Part shown: piece by piece, positions 33,961 to 38,423 of the stretch
Position numbering within the stretch: the stretch's first letter is position 1
Layout of the letters: every line of letters begins with the position of its first letter
Source of the DNA: a virus
Taxonomy: Duplodnaviria > Caudoviricetes
Length of the DNA: 38,423 nucleotides
Direction: 5' to 3' (one strand)
Virus record (IMG/VR): IMGVR_UViG_3300031945_000013
Span: 1-38,423 of that record
The notes under the pieces: model-generated
Databases searched by the model: none
What the model was told of the DNA's origin: nothing
What the model saw: only the letters and a program-made list of their open reading frames with translations
Program-made: the position numbers and the translations under genes

Positions 33961-34686
33961 GTGAACAAGCTACTCAAAAAACTTCTGGCCTATCTGTTTC
34001 CGGGGATTGACGGAGATAACGATGATCCTGCTGACCTTGGAAACGATGTTCCGGATGATTCCGCTGGCGATGATGATCTGGATTTGCCTGTTGATGATCT
34101 TCCTGATGATCCTCCCGCACCTGTCCGCTCGCGCCATGATGATCGTGACGAGCGTCTGGCTCGTCTGGAAGCTGAAGTTGAGCGCCGGGGCCGCATGGCG
34201 GAAGACTTCCGCCGGAATCAGCCCCCTGCGGTAGATCCGGAATACCAGCGCGAAGAAGAGCGTTTGCGTGCGCAGGATCTGAGCGACCTTGAACGCTGGC
34301 AGATCCAGAGCAATCGCACCTTGCGTGACACGCAACGTGAAGCACGTCAGGCGATGGCGCAAGCGCAGGACATGATGGACCGGGCGAAGTTTGAGAGCAA
34401 GGTTACCTCTGATCCGCGACGCGCGAAGTATGCTGACCGCGTGGAAGAAGCTATCCAGCAGGAAAGGTCGCAGGGCCGTAGCGCGTCGCGCGAAGCCGTG
34501 TACTACTACATGCTGGGTAAGGACATCGCGGAAGGCAAGGTCAAGAGCAAACCGAAGGTCGCTTCCAGCGCGCCGGCAGTTCCGCGCGGCAAGTCGCCAG
34601 CGGTGCGCAGTGATGTTCAGGGCCGTGGCCGTGCGTCGTCCGAACAGGACAAACGCCGTTCGCGTCTCGAAAACATGAATATCTAA
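33961..34686 (+). CDS. Scaffolding protein with LFPG leader
   Basis: GTG 33961 with GGAG RBS; acidic N-terminus, coiled-coil, basic C-terminus; immediately before the MCP gene. Confidence 0.75.
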   Translation: MNKLLKKLLAYLFPGIDGDNDDPADLGNDVPDDSAGDDDLDLPVDDLPDDPPAPVRSRHDDRDERLARLEAEVERRGRMAEDFRRNQPPAVDPEYQREEERLRAQDLSDLERWQIQSNRTLRDTQREARQAMAQAQDMMDRAKFESKVTSDPRRAKYADRVEEAIQQERSQGRSASREAVYYYMLGKDIAEGKVKSKPKVASSAPAVPRGKSPAVRSDVQGRGRASSEQDKRRSRLENMNI

Positions 34687-34705
34687 ACGATCCCAGGGAG
34701 GGACC

Positions 34706-36124
34706 ATGAAAGTAAGCAAATTTGCCCTTCTCCGGGCGTATCTGTTTCCGGGCGTAACGAACCAGTCAACCAGTTTCACGGCTGACGTTGAAGCGTACAT
34801 TCAGGAAGAAGTTGAACCGCTGGCACGTCGCCAGCTGGTCGCGTACCAGTTCGGCAAGCCTCTGAAGCTGGACACGAACCGCGGCACGACGTACACGGCT
34901 TCGCGCTACCAGCGTCTGCCGCTGCCGTTCGCACCGTTGCAGGAAGGTGTTGCGCCTCCCGGCGAAGCAATGACGCTGCAACAGGTTTCGGCCACGGCCC
35001 AGCAATGGGGCGACCGCGTCATCATCACTGACGTGGCGAACCTCACCATCAAGCACCCGCTGTTCCAGCAGGCTTGCGAACTGGTCGCGCTGCAACTACC
35101 GGAAACGCTTGAGCGTAATACGTTCAACACACTGCTCGCCACGACGCAGGTGAACTACGCGAACGGCAAAGCCTCGCGTGCCAACCTGCTGGCTACGGAC
35201 GTGATGACCCCGCACGAGAATAACCGCATCGTCGGTTCGTTCCTTACGTACGGTGTGCCGCGTTTCATGGGCGATGAACGCGAAGACATGATGATTGAGG
35301 CGGGCGCATACCGCGATCCGTCGAAGTCGCCGGCTGTCATGCAACACTACGTTGCACTGATCCATCCGCTGTCGGCGCAGGACATGCGCGAAAACACGAC
35401 CGTGGTGAACGCATGGTCATACAGCGATGTCAACCGTCTGTATAACAACGAACTGGGTCCGTTTGGCGGTTCGCGCTTCGTTGAATCGAACCTGCTTCCT
35501 TACTGGACAGGCGCAGCAGCGATTCAGGGCACGGCTTCCGCTTCTGGCGGTACGCTGGCTACGAACGCTGGTTACCAGATCATTGTTACGGCATCGCCGG
35601 CACAGACGAGCGTCGAACAGATCATTTATCAGGTTTCGAACGCGATCAGCGTTACGGGTCCGACAGGTTCCATCACGGTGACGCTGCCGAACCTGCCGAA
35701 CTACGTGTTCAACGTCTATATCGGTACGTCGTCAACGCCTTCGAACCTCGCAACGGCAATTGGTAACGGTGTTCCGGTTACGGGTCCGCTGGCTGGTCAG
35801 GCTACGCAGTTGCTGCCGAACCAGACGGTGACGCTGACGGGTATCGGTGTTACGCAAACGCCGCCGGCGGCTCCCGCCACGGGCGTTAGCGTGTTCCCGA
35901 CGATCTACATCGGTAACCATTCGTACGGCCAGGTTCTGCTAGAAAACCCGGAATTCCACTACCTGACGGGCGCTGACAAGTCGGACCCGCTGAACCAGAC
36001 CCGTGTAGTATCGTGGAAAGTCTTTTACGGCTCGATCATTCTCAATCAGGCGTTCCTCGCCCGTGTTGAGGCTGGCTCGGCCTTTACCGCTGGCTACTCT
36101 GCTGGCACTGTGACCACCCCGTAA
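34706..36124 (+). CDS. Major capsid protein (N4-gp56-like) with LFPG leader
   Basis: QFG, PLQEGV.P, QWGD.V.ITD, YVALIHP, NELG..GG.RFVES and DPLNQ..VSWK motifs. Confidence 0.9.
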   Translation: MKVSKFALLRAYLFPGVTNQSTSFTADVEAYIQEEVEPLARRQLVAYQFGKPLKLDTNRGTTYTASRYQRLPLPFAPLQEGVAPPGEAMTLQQVSATAQQWGDRVIITDVANLTIKHPLFQQACELVALQLPETLERNTFNTLLATTQVNYANGKASRANLLATDVMTPHENNRIVGSFLTYGVPRFMGDEREDMMIEAGAYRDPSKSPAVMQHYVALIHPLSAQDMRENTTVVNAWSYSDVNRLYNNELGPFGGSRFVESNLLPYWTGAAAIQGTASASGGTLATNAGYQIIVTASPAQTSVEQIIYQVSNAISVTGPTGSITVTLPNLPNYVFNVYIGTSSTPSNLATAIGNGVPVTGPLAGQATQLLPNQTVTLTGIGVTQTPPAAPATGVSVFPTIYIGNHSYGQVLLENPEFHYLTGADKSDPLNQTRVVSWKVFYGSIILNQAFLARVEAGSAFTAGYSAGTVTTP

Positions 36125-36134
36125 GGAGTAATGG

Positions 36135-36620
36135 ATGCCCCCGCGCAACCCGAACGCCCCCTCGCAAGAGGGGGTTTTTGAAGAGAAGAACGAAGATCTC
36201 GACAACGCCCAGCTTCAGGCGAAGATCCGTGAACTGGAAGAGTTGCTTGCGAAGTCCGATGCCGCGAAAGCGATTGCGGAAGACGAAGCGGGCCGACTCC
36301 AGCATCAGGCGCAAGCCTCGCTGCTGACGACCAATGTCACGGAACGTTTCGCCGGCAAGACGGACGACGGCGAGGACCTTTGGTGGTATCGTATCGACCT
36401 GGCACCGTGTGGCGGTCTTGATCTGAAGATCAACGGCCTGCAATACGTGCATGGTGAGACGTACAAGTTCACCACGGATGTTCTGCGCTGTGTTAAGGAA
36501 ATCGTTTCGCGTACGTGGTCGCATGAAGCCAGCATCAGTGGCGCGAACGAGAATCCGTACAAGCGGGCGCAAAACAAACTTCTCGGCGGGGGCAGTGCTC
36601 CCGGTTGGGCATATCGTTAA
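36135..36620 (+). CDS. Hypothetical head-region protein
   Basis: AAGGAG RBS; INGLQY motif. Confidence 0.65.
   Translation: MPPRNPNAPSQEGVFEEKNEDLDNAQLQAKIRELEELLAKSDAAKAIAEDEAGRLQHQAQASLLTTNVTERFAGKTDDGEDLWWYRIDLAPCGGLDLKINGLQYVHGETYKFTTDVLRCVKEIVSRTWSHEASISGANENPYKRAQNKLLGGGSAPGWAYR
36156..36180 (+). terminator. Intrinsic terminator after the MCP gene (inside the start of the next CDS)
   Basis: GCCCCCTC-GCAA-GAGGGGGT followed by TTTT. Confidence 0.8.
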
Positions 36621-36628
36621 GAGGAAAC

Positions 36629-37015
36629 ATGGACAAGGACACAGCCGTTCTCGGTAATTTCCAGATCAACCTTCCCGGCCCGAACGGCGCAAGCCTTTCG
36701 ATTAGCGGGTATGTCTACGATAGCGAGTCGCAAGAGTCGCTGAATGAGCGGATGGATACGTGCCGGGAAGCACTGGCACGGCAGCAGGCGATTCTGGAAA
36801 TTCCGGTGCTTGAAGAAAACATCAAGCAACTGGAACGCCAACTGGAAGTGACGCAGAAGGCTTACGCGGAACTTCTGGAAAAGAAGAAAGCTAACTCCAA
36901 GATGTCTTCGCAAGACCAGGCTGCGTTCGGCAACTATCCGCAGCAGATCAAGTTCATTCAGAACGAACTGGACAAGGGTCACGCGAAGATCGCCCATGTG
37001 AAAAAGGCTGCGTAA
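36629..37015 (+). CDS. Hypothetical coiled-coil protein
   Basis: ATG 36629 with GAGGA RBS. Confidence 0.65.
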   Translation: MDKDTAVLGNFQINLPGPNGASLSISGYVYDSESQESLNERMDTCREALARQQAILEIPVLEENIKQLERQLEVTQKAYAELLEKKKANSKMSSQDQAAFGNYPQQIKFIQNELDKGHAKIAHVKKAA

Positions 37016-37719
37016 TGGCTTACCTTCAGAGTCAACAGATTGTTTCCCTTGCGTGCCAGATCTGCAAGTGCCCCGGCTTTAGCCAACTGGGCGGAACCTT
37101 CCTGAACATGACTCTGGAGGATCTCTGGCTACACCGTGACCTGAAGATGAACCGGGTCACGGAATTTATTCCCGTACAGGCGAATAACTTCGGTCCGTTC
37201 ACGTTGCCGCTGAACTATCTGCGCACGTATGACCTGTTCTTTGAGCAGAACAATCTTCCGTACTTCCTGAATCCGATTTCCACAGAGGAATACGATCAGG
37301 AATTCAAAGATCCGTCGATTGCGAACTACCCGTACGAATTCATGACCATTCTGGTCGATGAGACGACGGCGATTGCGCAAAACAGTGCGGGCCAGCTGTT
37401 CATCTACCCGCAATCCTCTGGTGCTATCACGCTGACTCATCGGTACATGGTGAAGCAACCGGATATCGCATCCCCGGAAACGTCTGCCGTTATCCCGTGG
37501 TTCCCGGATCAGGATTATCTGATTCACGCCACGGCTACGCGGTTGATGAAGATCACGGACGACACACGCTATGAGCGGTTCATCGCGGAAGGCGAAAAGA
37601 TGCTCAGAATTCACCTGATCATGGAAGGCGACGAGCAGCAGGTGGTCAAGTCTGTCCGTCTCGATCCGCGCCGGTTCCACAGTAATCGGACTTTGAAGCC
37701 GACCAAAATCACCGACTAG
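37015..37719 (+). CDS. Head-to-tail adaptor protein
   Basis: 234 aa; LFIYP and PWFPD..YLI pattern; sits between the MCP region and the nozzle gene. Confidence 0.65.
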   Translation: MAYLQSQQIVSLACQICKCPGFSQLGGTFLNMTLEDLWLHRDLKMNRVTEFIPVQANNFGPFTLPLNYLRTYDLFFEQNNLPYFLNPISTEEYDQEFKDPSIANYPYEFMTILVDETTAIAQNSAGQLFIYPQSSGAITLTHRYMVKQPDIASPETSAVIPWFPDQDYLIHATATRLMKITDDTRYERFIAEGEKMLRIHLIMEGDEQQVVKSVRLDPRRFHSNRTLKPTKITD

Positions 37720-37727
37720 GAGACCGT

Positions 37728-38423
37728 ATGGCAATCCGCAACGGTCAACCTGTACGTTTTACCGCCAAAGGCATTTGTGATGCGTTCGATGCAACGGACG
37801 CTTTTCCCGGTGCTTGCGCCCTGCTTTCGAATCTGATTTTCGATCAGGGTAACCCGGAAATCGTAGTCAGCCGTCCGGGCGTTGGCACGCCCAAGACATC
37901 GTTCGCCTCTTTCACGTCCCCGACTTTCGTTTCGGGTTTCATTACGATTGGAAGCGTTGTGTATGGCATGGTATCGACCGGGCGCAATGCAGGCCACGAT
38001 GAACCGTTCGCGTATGACCTGAACGCCGGTACGTTCATTACGATTTCCGGTGTGACGGCGGGCAATACGCCGACCTCGCCGGCGACTTCAGGCCCGTGGA
38101 CGCCGCCTACGTTTGCCGTGGTGAGTACAAAGATCCTCGTCACGCATCCGGGATTCAACGGAGCGGGTTCGAACTTCTTCGGCGTGATCGACATCACGAC
38201 GCCCGCAACGCCTTCATGGACAGCGGCAAATCTGGCTACGAACCCATTACCGGGTGTTCCGACCAGCGTTGCGAACTTTAACAACCGGGCATATTTCGCA
38301 GTCGGAAACGTGGACTATTTCAGTGATGTCCTTGTTCCTACGACGCGCACCAACGCCTCGCAGTCCGTGACGCTGGGCGACACGACGCCGATCATGGCTC
38401 AATCCGGCCTGCCCGTCCAGACG
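37728..38423 (+). CDS. 5' part of the tail nozzle / stabilisation protein (continues at 156-1088)
   Basis: ATG 37728 with AGGAG RBS; open to the window end, so absent from the ORF track. Confidence 0.75.
   Translation, partial: MAIRNGQPVRFTAKGICDAFDATDAFPGACALLSNLIFDQGNPEIVVSRPGVGTPKTSFASFTSPTFVSGFITIGSVVYGMVSTGRNAGHDEPFAYDLNAGTFITISGVTAGNTPTSPATSGPWTPPTFAVVSTKILVTHPGFNGAGSNFFGVIDITTPATPSWTAANLATNPLPGVPTSVANFNNRAYFAVGNVDYFSDVLVPTTRTNASQSVTLGDTTPIMAQSGLPVQT
38269..38423. repeat. Terminal direct repeat, copy 2
   Basis: Matches 1-155 with one mismatch. Confidence 0.95.

Noticed and set aside
37800-37814. AFPGA in the nozzle N-terminus (also QLYPGG in the 5211 protein and LFPA in the portal) as further leader motifs
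   Set aside because: Only partial matches without the basic amphipathic context or the 12-16 position; may be chance.
38269-38423. 155-bp terminal repeat as a physical direct terminal repeat of the virion DNA
   Set aside because: It falls mid-gene and restores one continuous ORF on circularisation, so it is most simply an assembly overlap. The single C/T mismatch may be a read error or microvariant.
1-38423. Integrase, partition genes, tRNA or rRNA genes
   Set aside because: No tyrosine or serine recombinase motifs, ParA/ParB or cloverleaf sequences were recognised by eye; HMM and tRNAscan searches would be needed to confirm absence.

Overview
This window is an apparently complete, circularly assembled genome of a tailed dsDNA phage with a podovirus-like layout. 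The unit length is 38,268 bp; bases 1-155 are repeated at 38269-38423 in the middle of a gene. A betaproteobacterial (Burkholderiales-like) host is my guess and cannot be proven from the sequence. A long rightward late operon runs 26413 -> end -> 10686: terminase, portal, mini M48-type peptidase, head proteins, N4-gp56-like major capsid protein, adaptor and nozzle, fibre, GH19 endolysin and holin, 2OG-Fe(II) oxygenase plus cupin, three ejection-type proteins and a PurD-like ATP-grasp ligase. A leftward replication arm (18679 -> 10625) carries a DUF2800 nuclease, DUF2815 SSB, PolA, VRR-NUC and an SNF2 helicase. A rightward early arm (18805 -> 24845) carries HTH regulators, an outer-membrane beta-barrel, a mosaic protein, AlpA and a primase-helicase. 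I recognised no integrase, tRNA or CRISPR array. Top observations: (1) three consecutive head proteins share an N-terminal leader ending in LFPG-[VI], and an M48 zinc peptidase sits in the prohead-protease slot, suggesting an unusual leader-processing capsid maturation system; (2) an integrase-less genome carries a dif-like XerCD site next to Fur-box-like repeats; (3) a 16-bp palindromic operator occurs 7 times, mostly overlapping sigma70-type promoters; (4) a set of putative modifying enzymes sits inside the virion operon; (5) TerL appears to carry a second, degenerate nuclease domain. All family assignments come from motif recognition by eye, not database searches.
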